Shown here in pieces: positions 46,517 through 56,984 of a stretch of DNA of 64,000 nt. The stretch is from Patescibacteria group bacterium (GTDB lineage Bacteria; Patescibacteriota; Minisyncoccia; Phycocordibacterales; UBA918). The DNA is taken from the NCBI GenBank assembly GCA_019752815.1, contig JAIELQ010000003.1:18722-82721 (forward strand), written 5' to 3'. The notes under the pieces were generated by a model, which saw only the letters and a list, made by a program, of their open reading frames with translations, did no database searches and had not been told where the DNA came from. A program made the translations under genes and the position numbers. Numbering within the stretch: the first letter of the stretch is position 1; each line of letters starts with the position of its first letter.

Positions 46517-46633
46517 TAGATTTTTAGTATAACAAAAGATTACAAGTAACTAAATCGAAGTGTAATTTAGGCTAATTTTTATTACTAGATGTCTGGGACT
46601 CGAACTTCGTAGAGGGGTGCTTGAAAAAATAAT

Positions 46634-47899
46634 TTAAAGCAAAAGCAACGCACCAAACCCTAACAGCGCCAACATACCAAACACGTCAGTGGCGGTTGAG
46701 ATAAAAATCATTGAGGTTGAGGCCGGGTCTTTTCCTAAGCGTTTAATCAAAAGCGGCACAAAGGCACCAAACAAACCGGCTACAATATGGACCACAATCA
46801 TAGCGAGCGCCACCACTACTCCCAAGAGCCAGCTTCCGTTAAAGACAACCGAAATGGTGGCGACGATTGATCCAATTACTAGACCATTGAGCGCACCGGC
46901 GAGTATCTCGTGCCAAATTACCGGCCACCCGTTTTCAAAAGAAATAGTACCCATAGTGATGCCGCGGACCATAACCGCAAAGGCCTGACTCGCCGCATTA
47001 CCACCCATCCCCGCCACAATGGGAATATATACCGCGAGAATGGCTAGTGCTGCAATGGTATCTTTAAATACTAAGACCACCGAACCAGCAAGGAACGCGG
47101 TGGCTAAGTTTAAGATTAACCACTTGTACCGCTGACTGAACTTTTTTTGCACACTATCAAACGGGCGCTCACTCTCGTCGACTCCGGCCACTATATACAA
47201 TGATTCAGCCGGTAATTTTCCAAACAGCCCTAGCGCATCATCGGAATAAATAATTCCTAATACACTATTGTCATGGTCGAGAACCACAATTTTTTTATGC
47301 TCAGTTTCTGAAAACGTAGCGATGATTTCATTGACTTCAGCCTGGTACGTAATCGTTTGGACTGGTTTAATAAATTTATCAATTGAAATGTTACTTCGTT
47401 CCTTAACGAGTGTAGTCAGGGCAATTTCACCAATTAATGAACCGTCACGTTGCACTAGGATTTCCGGGAACTTCCCAAGCTCTTGGTAATGATCGTCTAT
47501 CGCTTCGGCCACGTCACCCATCGTCGCGGTATCAGGCAAAATGACATAGTTAAAATGAATTAAGGCAGCGGTAGCTTTGGGATGGAACCGCAAAAAATAT
47601 TCAATTTTGTCACTGACTTCAGTTTTGAGACGCTTAATAATTTTTGAACGACGTTTAGCATCTGTCATGCGCATGATGACTTTTTCAGCCATCCGTAAAT
47701 CAAGATGATCAACCAAATCAACTACTTCAGTCACGGTCAGCTCCTGCAAAATTTGTTGTTGGATTTGATTTGAGAGTTCAGCAAACACCGCACTGCGTTG
47801 CCCCAAAGTCAGTGCACGCATGTTTTTAAGCCGGTCAATTTTATTGTAGGTAATCGAATTTGCGAGCTCGGATTTTGGTTGTCTCATATTTGAAATCAA
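46634..47899 (-). CDS. mgtE: magnesium transporter MgtE
   Basis: MgtE_N, a tandem CBS pair, and a C-terminal 5-TM domain. Confidence 0.8.
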   Translation of the reverse strand: MISNMRQPKSELANSITYNKIDRLKNMRALTLGQRSAVFAELSNQIQQQILQELTVTEVVDLVDHLDLRMAEKVIMRMTDAKRRSKIIKRLKTEVSDKIEYFLRFHPKATAALIHFNYVILPDTATMGDVAEAIDDHYQELGKFPEILVQRDGSLIGEIALTTLVKERSNISIDKFIKPVQTITYQAEVNEIIATFSETEHKKIVVLDHDNSVLGIIYSDDALGLFGKLPAESLYIVAGVDESERPFDSVQKKFSQRYKWLILNLATAFLAGSVVLVFKDTIAALAILAVYIPIVAGMGGNAASQAFAVMVRGITMGTISFENGWPVIWHEILAGALNGLVIGSIVATISVVFNGSWLLGVVVALAMIVVHIVAGLFGAFVPLLIKRLGKDPASTSMIFISTATDVFGMLALLGFGALLLL

Positions 47900-47933
47900 T
47901 TGAACTGACCATGTATGGTCAGTTCAATACATT

Positions 47934-48917
47934 TTAAATCAAGATTTCGATGGTGGCCGCTTCGCGCAGTTCTGTGATATACGCGTTAACGAGCTCTTGC
48001 TCCTTATTTGTCTTTAGTTGCGCTTCGAGCTGGGTTTTGATTTCTTCGAGTGGCGGTACAGTGACCCCAGTGGCTGCTGTGCCACTGATTTGTGTGTAGG
48101 CATCAGTCAGCTCTTGTTCACTAATGGTTACTTTTGAGATATCAACCGCTTTTGAAAGATGACCTTGAATTAAAATTTCACCTTCAATATCTTTTCGTAA
48201 GGCTGGCTCAGTAATACCCAATTCCACCATCTTGGCAGCGAGTTGTTCTTCCCCTCCAATACTCGTTACAATTTCTTGATAGCGAGCTTCGATTTGTTCG
48301 TCAGTTACGAGCGCTCCCTCACTGTATGCTGCTTGTCGTAATAACTCAGTGTTAATCAAAACATCAATTGCTTGTTGTTTAATTTCACTTTGAATAGACT
48401 CGTTATTGACATCAATACCTTGAGCAGTAGCTCCTGTTTGTAGTTGGGTGAGGTTTTTATCGTAATCTGCTTTAGAAATTTTGGTGCCGTTTACTATCGC
48501 TGCAGCTGGGACTGGATTTACCAATGCACTCACCTTATCAAATAAACCCGTATTGATTCTCCCTTGTTGTTCAAGAGCATACACCAAACCAGCGCCAATG
48601 ATAAGAATTATCACCGTCGCAATTCCATACTGTTTAATCATCTGCTTTTTTAATGAATCACCGGAAGGAGTATTCGTAGCTGTATCAGCAACAACTTCAG
48701 CCGGTACTGCTGTAGTATCAGTTGTTGGTACAACTTCATCTGCCGTAGCGGTTGTAGATGTAGGTTCAGTCACTACTTCTACCGTCGGTGTGTCAGTAGT
48801 ACCTACAGCTTCAGGACCGCTGCTCGCCACAGAACTGGTTTCTGGTGCAGGTGCGGGTGTTGGATTGGTATCTGTGGATGTGCTTGATGTATCGTTAGTG
48901 TCTTTATTTTCTTGCAT
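47934..48917 (-). CDS. membrane-anchored SurA-N-like chaperone-domain protein with an S/T/P-rich N-terminal tail
   Basis: TM at ~95-115, then a SurA_N/PpiD-like helical domain. Low-complexity N-terminus. Confidence 0.45.
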   Translation of the reverse strand: MQENKDTNDTSSTSTDTNPTPAPAPETSSVASSGPEAVGTTDTPTVEVVTEPTSTTATADEVVPTTDTTAVPAEVVADTATNTPSGDSLKKQMIKQYGIATVIILIIGAGLVYALEQQGRINTGLFDKVSALVNPVPAAAIVNGTKISKADYDKNLTQLQTGATAQGIDVNNESIQSEIKQQAIDVLINTELLRQAAYSEGALVTDEQIEARYQEIVTSIGGEEQLAAKMVELGITEPALRKDIEGEILIQGHLSKAVDISKVTISEQELTDAYTQISGTAATGVTVPPLEEIKTQLEAQLKTNKEQELVNAYITELREAATIEILI

Positions 48918-49002
48918 ACAATAAATTAGTTACAGTAAATTCCCCAAAAATTGAGATATCTACAATTTACCATATTTCAAGTTCTTTTGGTATGAAAAAA
49001 CC

Positions 49003-49761
49003 TTATTTCGTGGACAAAGAATCTGGATGTTGGGCGCTCCACGCATACATAACAACAGCGGCTGATGCGGCTGCATTTAATGACTCACACCGAGGATGCA
49101 TCGGAATAGAAACCAGAGTGTCACAGACTTCACGAGTTTTTTCCCGCAACCCTGAACCTTCATTCCCTAGAATAAAGGCCGTTGGCTTGGTGAACTCTTC
49201 ACCTGTTACTGGCACTGCCCCCTCTCCCGCCAGACCATAAATCCAAAAACCACGCTCCTTCAAATCACGTACGGTAGCGTTCACATTACGAATCTCAATT
49301 AAGGGAATCCGAAAAGCCATTCCCGCAGATACCTTTACTACTGTTCCGGTGACTGGTGACTGATTATGAGGCGGGATCATTACGCCAGCTAGACCAAAGG
49401 CGGCGGCACTGCGAATCACCGCTCCGACATTATGAGGATCTTGGACCTCACCTAAAATTAAAAAACAGGTGTTCGGGTTTGGCACAATCCCCTTCATAAA
49501 CTCTTTGTAGTCGACCATCAAGTCACCCACTGAAATAGCAGCGATAATGCCCTGATGTACCGCTTCACCTCGCAAGCCACCCGGGAGACGTTTTGGGTTA
49601 AGAGGTTTGGGAACAATTTTGGTTTTGGTCAGACGGGCAAAGATTTTTTCATCATTAAATCCATGTTCAATATGAAGTTCTCGAACTAATTCAGGCCGAT
49701 GAATAAGCGCCTCAAGTACAGCGTGTTTTCCGAAAATATAGACTAATTCAGTTTGTGACAT
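49003..49761 (-). CDS. rlmB: TrmH/SpoU-family rRNA 2'-O-methyltransferase (RlmB-like)
   Basis: SPOUT motifs HNVGAVIRSAAAFG, ILGNEGSGL and SLNAAASAAVVMY. N-terminal substrate-binding domain. Confidence 0.75.
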   Translation of the reverse strand: MSQTELVYIFGKHAVLEALIHRPELVRELHIEHGFNDEKIFARLTKTKIVPKPLNPKRLPGGLRGEAVHQGIIAAISVGDLMVDYKEFMKGIVPNPNTCFLILGEVQDPHNVGAVIRSAAAFGLAGVMIPPHNQSPVTGTVVKVSAGMAFRIPLIEIRNVNATVRDLKERGFWIYGLAGEGAVPVTGEEFTKPTAFILGNEGSGLREKTREVCDTLVSIPMHPRCESLNAAASAAVVMYAWSAQHPDSLSTK

Positions 49762-50006
49762 AGTATGTATGCGTTATTGTGAGGCTACTGTACCATAAAT
49801 GTTACATCATCCAAATTAATCATTTCACCAACCGTCCAGGATTTTGGCTGCAAAACTTCACTTCGTCCTCACCATATGTCGATATGATTCGGACTCCAGT
49901 TCGCTTTTCACCTAAAACCTTGAACTGTTGTATAGTGAAAGCATTAGTTTGAATGATGTAAAAAGACGCGAGAATAGACATTCTTGCGTCTTTTATAAAA
50001 AAGTTC

Positions 50007-50804
50007 CTACTTCTTAGTAAATTTCATTTCACCATTATCCGCATCACTTTTGAGACTCAGTGTTAACTCGGTATCTACAATGCGATACGAAACGACCTGA
50101 CCGAGCTGGCTTACAAACGTTCCTTCTTTGATGTCCCCTTCACAAGCCATTAGGGTTGAAACCATCTCACTAAATGAAATCGCTCCATCAGTACCCCCAA
50201 CAAAACCGCCACCAACATTATTACAATCAGTGTTGGCACTGAAACGATTATTCTCCGAAAACGTCAAAATAAAATCTTCTGGTTCATTTGGCTCTACACT
50301 ACTCGCTGTTGCAAAACTTGTTTGTGTCCAAACCCACTGCGTACCTGACAACTCACTCGTAGAGGTAGCAGTCGCGGCAGTATCTACCATTGATTTAACC
50401 TGACAATTTGCAAAAATTACTTCTCCATCTTTTTCCACCAACGCCACACCACCTTGTTCCCAAAAAGCAATTCCGCTCTCATGGGTATACCGTGCACCGG
50501 AGGCCGCTTCTACCTGTATCATCACTAATGGATTACTATTAGGAAGTGAGACTTCAAGGACCGTTGTATCACCTGTTTTAAAGGCTGCCGCCACCACACT
50601 ATCATCAGAACAGGTATAGACCGTTGCCTGATCAAATGTCAGTGGCGCAGTGGTCGTAGCTACAGGCTCAGATGTATTTTTTGCAAACGGACTAGTAAGA
50701 TTAGTCACTTGACTCACTAAAAACAAAATCGTTCCTGCTAGTGCGGTAAGTAATAGCGTCCAAATTAATGATGTTTTCATATCTGTTAAATTGTAATTAG
50801 ACAC
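50007..50804 (-). CDS. secreted two-domain protein: MliC-like lysozyme-inhibitor domain plus META/HslJ domain
   Basis: Signal anchor. YTCSDDSVV...ARYTHESGIAFWEQG...ANC (MliC-like). LSGTQWVW...NNRFSANTDCNNVGGGF...LMACEG (META). Confidence 0.55.
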   Translation of the reverse strand: MSNYNLTDMKTSLIWTLLLTALAGTILFLVSQVTNLTSPFAKNTSEPVATTTAPLTFDQATVYTCSDDSVVAAAFKTGDTTVLEVSLPNSNPLVMIQVEAASGARYTHESGIAFWEQGGVALVEKDGEVIFANCQVKSMVDTAATATSTSELSGTQWVWTQTSFATASSVEPNEPEDFILTFSENNRFSANTDCNNVGGGFVGGTDGAISFSEMVSTLMACEGDIKEGTFVSQLGQVVSYRIVDTELTLSLKSDADNGEMKFTKK

Positions 50805-51198
50805 AATCTTTTGCTTGATAAAATTCAGTCATCGTTGGAGTATCACCAGCTTTGATTTCATTTACCCGTTGCTCTCCTAAGATACCGGTAAAACACTCAA
50901 TTTGTTGAGGAGTGAACTGAGCAGGTACCGCTGTCGGACTAATCCCCACTGCTTCTAAAGCCTGCTCTTGTTCAACAGTCATCATGTTGGTAGTTGTTTC
51001 TGGCGCATCATTACTTGTCTGTGGTTGCTCATTTGTTAATTGTGTCTCATCAGCACGCACCTCCTCTCTTGAGTTATAGAGACTCATAACTACTGGTCGC
51101 AGGTTTAATGGATCAGCAATCACAAAATATGTCACCCCGATAAGGATGAAAAAGAAAATTACTCCGAGTGCTACAAAGAAACGATATATCCATTTCAT
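50797..51198 (-). CDS. hypothetical membrane-anchored protein
   Basis: ORF with one TM. Overlaps the downstream gene by 8 nt. Confidence 0.35.
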   Translation of the reverse strand: MKWIYRFFVALGVIFFFILIGVTYFVIADPLNLRPVVMSLYNSREEVRADETQLTNEQPQTSNDAPETTTNMMTVEQEQALEAVGISPTAVPAQFTPQQIECFTGILGEQRVNEIKAGDTPTMTEFYQAKDCV

Positions 51199-51284
51199 AG
51201 AGACAGTATATCATAATACGTACCATACCCTGTCGAGAACAACGCTTACAAAAACAGCATTTTTATGACATACTCATACGTATT

Positions 51285-52331
51285 ATGGTTCAAAAGACCA
51301 AACCTCCACTTCCCTATACAAAGCCGCCCCTTGCTCGCAGAGTCGTTGTGTGGCCATTAACAGTTGTCGCTATTTTAGTTTTTACCGCCCTCATTTTTCT
51401 CCTGCAAGTAAAAATCTTGTCTATATCTGAACCTGCACGAACTCACACCCAAAGTGACGCGGCAATTACCACACCCTTTCCCGTGAGTGTTAATCCAAAA
51501 ACCAAAACCATTACCGACAGTACAGCTGCTGAAAGTTATATCACCGACCAAGTAGCAAGTAATCATAGTAATTTTAAAACTGCGGGTGGCTTCATTGCTC
51601 TCATCCAAGCAAAATTAGCCCAATTCAGTTTGTACCAGCATCTCGCCACTCCAGTCAGTCGAACACTCATTGTTAATTCGGGTGAACGGAGCGAACAGAT
51701 TACTGAAAATTTTGCAGGAATTCTGGGCTGGACTGGGGCAGAGCAAGCGGAGTTCATTAAACGCATGAGCGAAGAAACCCCCACCTCAACCAACGGAAAA
51801 ATATACCCCGGAAAATATACTGTCGATAAAGAAACCACCCCAGAGGAAATGGCTCGCATTATTGCCGACCGATTTAATGCTGAGGTCCGTACTCGGTATA
51901 CGGGAGACGTTGAAGCGGTAGTACCGCTTCGGGACGCTCTGATTATTGCCTCCCTCCTTGAACGTGAGGCCTATGATTTTGAAGATATGCGGTACATTTC
52001 GGGAATTATCTGGAACCGACTGTTTATTGATATGCGTTTACAAATTGATGCCACATTACAGTATGTACGCGGAGCCAATAAAAATGAGCCGTGGTGGCCA
52101 GTACCAGTCCCCGCAGACAAATATTTGAAATCACCCTTTAACACCTACCAGAATGCGGGCTTACCACCTGAACCAATTGCTAACCCTTCTATTGATGCCA
52201 TTATTGCCGCCTTAAATCCACGAGAAACAGATTGTCTATTTTACTTCCATGCCAATGACGGTACGTTTTATTGCAGTGTAACCTACGAAGAACATGTCGC
52301 AGGCCTCCGAAAAGTTTTTGGCACGAAGTAA
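51285..52331 (+). CDS. mltG: endolytic murein transglycosylase MltG (YceG-like)
   Basis: N-terminal TM. YceG core GIIWNRL, QIDATLQYV and NTYQNAGLPPEPIANPS. Confidence 0.8.
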   Translation: MVQKTKPPLPYTKPPLARRVVVWPLTVVAILVFTALIFLLQVKILSISEPARTHTQSDAAITTPFPVSVNPKTKTITDSTAAESYITDQVASNHSNFKTAGGFIALIQAKLAQFSLYQHLATPVSRTLIVNSGERSEQITENFAGILGWTGAEQAEFIKRMSEETPTSTNGKIYPGKYTVDKETTPEEMARIIADRFNAEVRTRYTGDVEAVVPLRDALIIASLLEREAYDFEDMRYISGIIWNRLFIDMRLQIDATLQYVRGANKNEPWWPVPVPADKYLKSPFNTYQNAGLPPEPIANPSIDAIIAALNPRETDCLFYFHANDGTFYCSVTYEEHVAGLRKVFGTK

Positions 52332-52364
52332 ACAAAATTATACTGTCTATTTAATTAGTACTAC

Positions 52365-52393
52365 AAAAAAGTCCCCAGATGGGGACTTTTTTG
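52365..52393. terminator. bidirectional terminator (aaaaaaGTCCCCagatGGGGACtttttt)
   Basis: Hairpin with flanking A and T tracts between convergent genes. Confidence 0.65.
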
Positions 52394-52593
52394 ATTTAAA
52401 ACTTTCAGAATCGAGTGCAGTGCTAGAAGCGCAAGGACATTTTCTGGAAACGTACTTCTTGTACGATGGAAGAAAATGTACCGCAGCTGGTCCAGCGATT
52501 TTCCCAAGGGAAGAAAAAATCGGGACAGAAATTCAGAATTGTCGCTACGCTCTGTTCTTCATTCCACAACGCAATGTGCCGATTCTGGAAGTT

Positions 52594-53832
52594 TTAGAGT
52601 TGGTCTTCGGCATCGGCGATTAAATCCAACGCCTCCTCAATCAAATCTTCTGCCTCGTCTTCGTCACCATCATCAATGGCATCTTCGGCGTCATCGAGGA
52701 GATCATCTGCTTCATCTAGATAATCTTGGGCATCATCCATGTTCTCTCCGTCATCTTCGGCCGCATCAACTTCGTCTCGTAGATCATCAAGCTCATCACG
52801 CGCATCATCAAGCTCATCTTCAACATCAGTACCCTTTGAACCAATGGCATCAATGGCATCGTTCACTAAATCTTCAGCTTCTTCTGCTAATTCAAGAGCG
52901 TCTTCGTAATCTTCGTCATCAAGAGCAGTCTTGGCTTCATCGAGCACATCTTTAGCTTCGTCGAGAATGTCTTCAGCATCACTGGTCGCCTTACCATCTT
53001 CATCAGCAGCATCAATCTCATCTTCTGCTTCATCAATTGCATCATCAACTTCATCAATCAAATCTTCAGCTTCTGAAGCTTCGCTTGAAGCACCTACCGC
53101 ATCCAACGCATCTTCGATACTATCTTCGACATTATCGAGAGCATCTTCTGCATCGCTATCGTCACCAGCAAGGTACGCTAACACCGCGGTAAAGAAATCA
53201 TCTCGTGCATCAGCTAAACTATCGAGTGCATCTTCGTAATCATCGGCATCATCATTATCTGCCACTTCTTCTTCTGCATCACGAAGTGACTTGGTAACAT
53301 CTTTGAGCTGATCTGAAACATCACTGTCGTTTGTGGTAGTTTTGGTAGTATTTGAAACAACAGCACTACCGAGCAACTGTGCTTTTAGCTCTTCAACTTT
53401 TTTCAAGAGCGCATCTTGTGAAATATCGACGGTAGTTGAAGTTGCTGCCCCTAACACTACTGGCTTAGGAGTAGTTCCTTGTACTAACGATTTATAGACA
53501 GCTTGTGAACGCGGACCGAAGTATCCACTGGCTGGTGACAACTTATTGGCTTGTTGCCATTTAATCAAGGCTGCCTCAGTTAATGTTTTAAACTCTGTCG
53601 TCTCTTTACCCGGAGCACCTCCGCCGGTTGTTGTAATAACAAATCCATTAGCATTTAAATATTGCTGAAGACATCTCACGTCTTCACCAACCACGCCCAT
53701 CTGTAAATCACGATCAAATGTACAGACCGTTGCGGCCTTAACATCACTCGATACAAAGAATACTGATCCAATAATTACTGCCGTTACTAATGCTTCTTTG
53801 GCGCCAAAGCCAATTTTTGTATACCGATTCAT
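52594..53832 (-). CDS. secreted peptidoglycan-binding-domain protein with a long, highly acidic Asp/Glu-rich repetitive C-terminal region (start set at MNRYTKIGF)
   Basis: Signal peptide. PG_binding_1-like VVGEDVRCLQQYLNANGF. About 220 aa of imperfect D/E-rich repeats (DxxEDALDxxED...). The upstream extension would overlap the ydeI-like gene. Confidence 0.6.
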   Translation of the reverse strand: MNRYTKIGFGAKEALVTAVIIGSVFFVSSDVKAATVCTFDRDLQMGVVGEDVRCLQQYLNANGFVITTTGGGAPGKETTEFKTLTEAALIKWQQANKLSPASGYFGPRSQAVYKSLVQGTTPKPVVLGAATSTTVDISQDALLKKVEELKAQLLGSAVVSNTTKTTTNDSDVSDQLKDVTKSLRDAEEEVADNDDADDYEDALDSLADARDDFFTAVLAYLAGDDSDAEDALDNVEDSIEDALDAVGASSEASEAEDLIDEVDDAIDEAEDEIDAADEDGKATSDAEDILDEAKDVLDEAKTALDDEDYEDALELAEEAEDLVNDAIDAIGSKGTDVEDELDDARDELDDLRDEVDAAEDDGENMDDAQDYLDEADDLLDDAEDAIDDGDEDEAEDLIEEALDLIADAEDQL

Positions 53833-53878
53833 ATACCCACAGTATACCGCACTCGTGACTCTATAGGTTGGGTATAAC

Positions 53879-54133
53879 TCATTTGGTGCGATGCGGGCAC
53901 CCCGGCCAACAACATGGGCGTCGCTTTCCAGCGTCCACTTCTGCGAGGAGACGCTCAATATGGTGAGTCCGGGTTTCTTTTTTCTTGACCGAAATAGTCC
54001 AGCAAATCCACTCATTACGCCCCAATGGCGTGAGAGCGTTCCATCTATCAACCGTAATCGGTCGAGATACAAGGGCCTGTCTCAAATCAGCAGGAACTGT
54101 ATGAGCCACACCAGATGCAATTTTCTTACCCAT
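53879..54133 (-). CDS. YdeI/OmpD-associated family protein
   Basis: VPADLRQALVSRP...RNEWICWTISVKKKETRTHHIERLLAEVDAGKRR matches the YdeI C-terminal domain. Confidence 0.55.
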   Translation of the reverse strand: MGKKIASGVAHTVPADLRQALVSRPITVDRWNALTPLGRNEWICWTISVKKKETRTHHIERLLAEVDAGKRRPCCWPGCPHRTK

Positions 54134-54149
54134 AAAAATGAAGTGTCCC

Positions 54150-55337
54150 TTACTGATACTGGATAAAAATAGGCTTGGGATTTAGTTGTAACGCCTCAGC
54201 AGGAGTCATGATACCGGTACTTGGCGGTTTAAGGTCGTTTTTATAGAAAATTTTTAACCCGGTGAACTGAACAGGCTCAGGCACAATCACCTGACCATAG
54301 GTCCCCCGCTTGAGGTCTTTTGGACCCCAACCATCCATAACCACTATTACCTGCACTTCTGGCGTTGGCGTAATATCTGCATACCCAGTAACCATATTTT
54401 GCGTAAACCGATGTACCAACAATACTTTAGGTGGCAGTTTATTCGCCCGTACGATTTCTGACATGTAGTTAATGACGTAGTTAATATCAGCAGCACTGTG
54501 ACTCCCAATGACTGTCCCCGGACGATCTCCAGTCTTCATAGAAAATTCTGGGTCGAGCGCTAAATGCACTTCGGGACGTTCCAGGTACGTTTTAAATTTA
54601 GGCAACTCCTGCTCAATCGTACTGAGGCCAATTTGTAAATCTAAAATTAAAATCGCATTTGCTCGTTTTGCCAGATCATACGCTTTTTCTATTTCACGCG
54701 CTGGCATCATGGCTCGATACATACCGTCTGCTCCTGCTTCTGCCTGCGCCACCATAGCAATATACTCAATGGCTGGCTGTACCGGAGTACTAGGGTCGGC
54801 TTCTTCCCAGAGTTTCTGAGTAGCTGCTAAACGGCGCAAAACTTCATCTGGTTCATATTCCCCTAAAATACCCATCTGTCGGGAAAAGAAATTTCCATAG
54901 TAGGACAAAATTCGTTTGAACGGCACAATTGCTCCGCCATTTGGATACACAGCTTCAGGTGGCCACCGTTTTCCGGGAATGGTTACATTGCTTGAACTAC
55001 TGTATTGCGGTAGCACAGTTTTCTCAAGCGTCGATGTCGCTACTGAAGTTGTCCCCGTAGAAGCGGATATGGGTTTCGGAGGCTGATAGTTCACTAACGC
55101 CAGTAATCGTTTATCGTATTCAGTAGTATCAAGCGGTGCCGGCCACGATGGTATGGCTGCTGCCGCAGCTGATTCATTTTCTTTTGGCACTGAACCTGAA
55201 TCTGTTTCATTCTTGACGGCTTCGCTCACATACGTAACTTTACTTACACTCAAAGCATGAACAACAAACACTCCTGCCAATATGACCGGCAGTGTTAGAG
55301 CAAACAGCGTGATACTTTTTTTAGCTTCCTTTGTCAC
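54150..55337 (-). CDS. hypothetical secreted/membrane-anchored protein (possible DUF4015-like glycoside-hydrolase-type TIM barrel)
   Basis: Signal anchor. S/T-rich linker. LILDLQIGL...LALDPEF block. The family guess is low confidence. Confidence 0.3.
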   Translation of the reverse strand: MTKEAKKSITLFALTLPVILAGVFVVHALSVSKVTYVSEAVKNETDSGSVPKENESAAAAAIPSWPAPLDTTEYDKRLLALVNYQPPKPISASTGTTSVATSTLEKTVLPQYSSSSNVTIPGKRWPPEAVYPNGGAIVPFKRILSYYGNFFSRQMGILGEYEPDEVLRRLAATQKLWEEADPSTPVQPAIEYIAMVAQAEAGADGMYRAMMPAREIEKAYDLAKRANAILILDLQIGLSTIEQELPKFKTYLERPEVHLALDPEFSMKTGDRPGTVIGSHSAADINYVINYMSEIVRANKLPPKVLLVHRFTQNMVTGYADITPTPEVQVIVVMDGWGPKDLKRGTYGQVIVPEPVQFTGLKIFYKNDLKPPSTGIMTPAEALQLNPKPIFIQYQ

Positions 55338-55433
55338 TAGTTTGATAATACCACGCGATACCTCATTTTTCTCATGCTTTTAGCAGTAAGAGCTACTGCT
55401 GGGAGTCGTCTTATAGCAATAACCAAATGTAAT

Positions 55434-55988
55434 ATGTATATGAAAAAAGCCTTATTTATTGTTCCATTATTTGTTTTTGTAGCATTGAGTACCGTAGCCA
55501 ATCCAGCCCAAGCGCTCAGTTGTCTACCGACAGATATGTACATTACCAGTATAATTGGAAACGACGACACCGTTATTTTTGTTGCTAAAACAGATTCTAC
55601 AATCGAAGCCACTGATTACACTGCCGAAGCCCTAACAGTCACAACGGCATATCAAGGATATGTCGAAGCAAAGCTCATGGCGTATCATCGCAAAGATGCT
55701 ACTTGGGGATACCTCTGTAACAGCGGACCAAAAGGTACCAATACCGAGAGTGTATACATCGCAACTAAAGATGCTGCTGGCAAATACCAAGTGAGTCAAC
55801 GACTCGATATGGATAGTAACTTACTACCAGACATCAAAGAAATGATTTCGGATAAAGAAGTTGTTGGTGAAATCATAGAATTCAATAAAACAGACCGTAT
55901 CAATCAAATTGGTACGACCATTATGGAACTCTTGCAGGAAGTAATGATTCTACTTAAAGAGCAAATGTACTGGAAAAGTGTGAAGTAG
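55434..55988 (+). CDS. hypothetical secreted protein (start at MYMKKALFIV signal peptide)
   Basis: Cleavable signal peptide ending AQA. Terminator at 56008-56038. Confidence 0.4.
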   Translation: MYMKKALFIVPLFVFVALSTVANPAQALSCLPTDMYITSIIGNDDTVIFVAKTDSTIEATDYTAEALTVTTAYQGYVEAKLMAYHRKDATWGYLCNSGPKGTNTESVYIATKDAAGKYQVSQRLDMDSNLLPDIKEMISDKEVVGEIIEFNKTDRINQIGTTIMELLQEVMILLKEQMYWKSVK

Positions 55989-56007
55989 CCAAGAGCTTAC
56001 ACCTCTA

Positions 56008-56038
56008 AAAAACAACCGCGAGAGCGGTTGTTTTTTAT
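56008..56038 (+). terminator. rho-independent terminator (aaaaaaCAACCGCgagaGCGGTTGttttttat)
   Basis: Perfect hairpin plus T-tract. Confidence 0.7.
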
Positions 56039-56117
56039 ACATTCAATTTAGAATGCCCTACCATTTTCTCTCCTCACAAATTCATTCATCCGTATTCTCT
56101 ACCGAAACCATACTGAG

Positions 56118-56924
56118 CTACAAGCGTACCTGGTTACGATTCATAATTCGTACTTTATCGGCAACGGTACCTTTTTCAAAATTACGAAACTTGCCAATGA
56201 CGAGTTTTATGAGCTTGGGTGGCTGCAAAATTCTTTTTCCAATTACCGCCACATGATGATCACGTAGCTCAATAAATGTTTGTCGTTCCTTTTCAGTTTG
56301 TAGTTGTGCATAGGCTTCGGCCAGATGCCAGGCATCAGTACGAGATTTAACGATACCCAAATGAGCGATTGGCCAATATGAGTTACCGGTTATTTTATCG
56401 AACGTGGTAAGCGGATGAAATATTTCGCGTAACTCTGACTCTACTTCTTCAATGAGGGAATCTAATATATCGTTAACCTGATCAAAGTCATTTTTAAGTG
56501 AAGCTAAATTGTGAGTTTCGGTTTCAGCAGCCGATATACCGAGATCTAAACAAATGTGTGCATTCATACTGGCAATCAAATGTTGAATCACCATTGGACT
56601 CCATTTTTTAGACGCTTCGAACGTTATCTTCCATGATTCAGAACATGGCTTTCCTTGTGCATACGCGTAATATGCAACCAAGTAACGGTTAGCAAAGATA
56701 ACATCGAACCGCTCCATGCGCTCGTTATCTTCAAACGAACCTTCTAAGATGCGCTGCTTAACCTGTCTGGTGACACGATTGTACATCGCCGGAAAATAAC
56801 CCATCCGACAACCTGTAGCTTCACACGTCGCTACGATAGCATCCAGATGATCAATAACTTCATCAATGGTAGTGGGTAAAGTAATGCTGGAAGAATTCAT
56901 TTTATTTGATGGTAGCATGACCAC
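56118..56924 (-). CDS. DUF5995-family protein
   Basis: MNAHICLDLG, FANRYLVAYY and family-typical length. Assignment from memory. Confidence 0.45.
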   Translation of the reverse strand: MVMLPSNKMNSSSITLPTTIDEVIDHLDAIVATCEATGCRMGYFPAMYNRVTRQVKQRILEGSFEDNERMERFDVIFANRYLVAYYAYAQGKPCSESWKITFEASKKWSPMVIQHLIASMNAHICLDLGISAAETETHNLASLKNDFDQVNDILDSLIEEVESELREIFHPLTTFDKITGNSYWPIAHLGIVKSRTDAWHLAEAYAQLQTEKERQTFIELRDHHVAVIGKRILQPPKLIKLVIGKFRNFEKGTVADKVRIMNRNQVRL

Positions 56925-56984
56925 TTCATGATGATGTCACATTCTCCCCTGCAAAAAGCTTCTCTTGATAACAACGTACTACTT

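Noticed and set aside
52476-53239. His/Arg-rich 159-aa and Ser-rich 102-aa plus-strand ORFs
   Set aside because: They are antisense or alternate-frame read-through of the GA-rich acidic repeat tract of the minus-strand PG-binding protein. They are low-complexity and have no signals.
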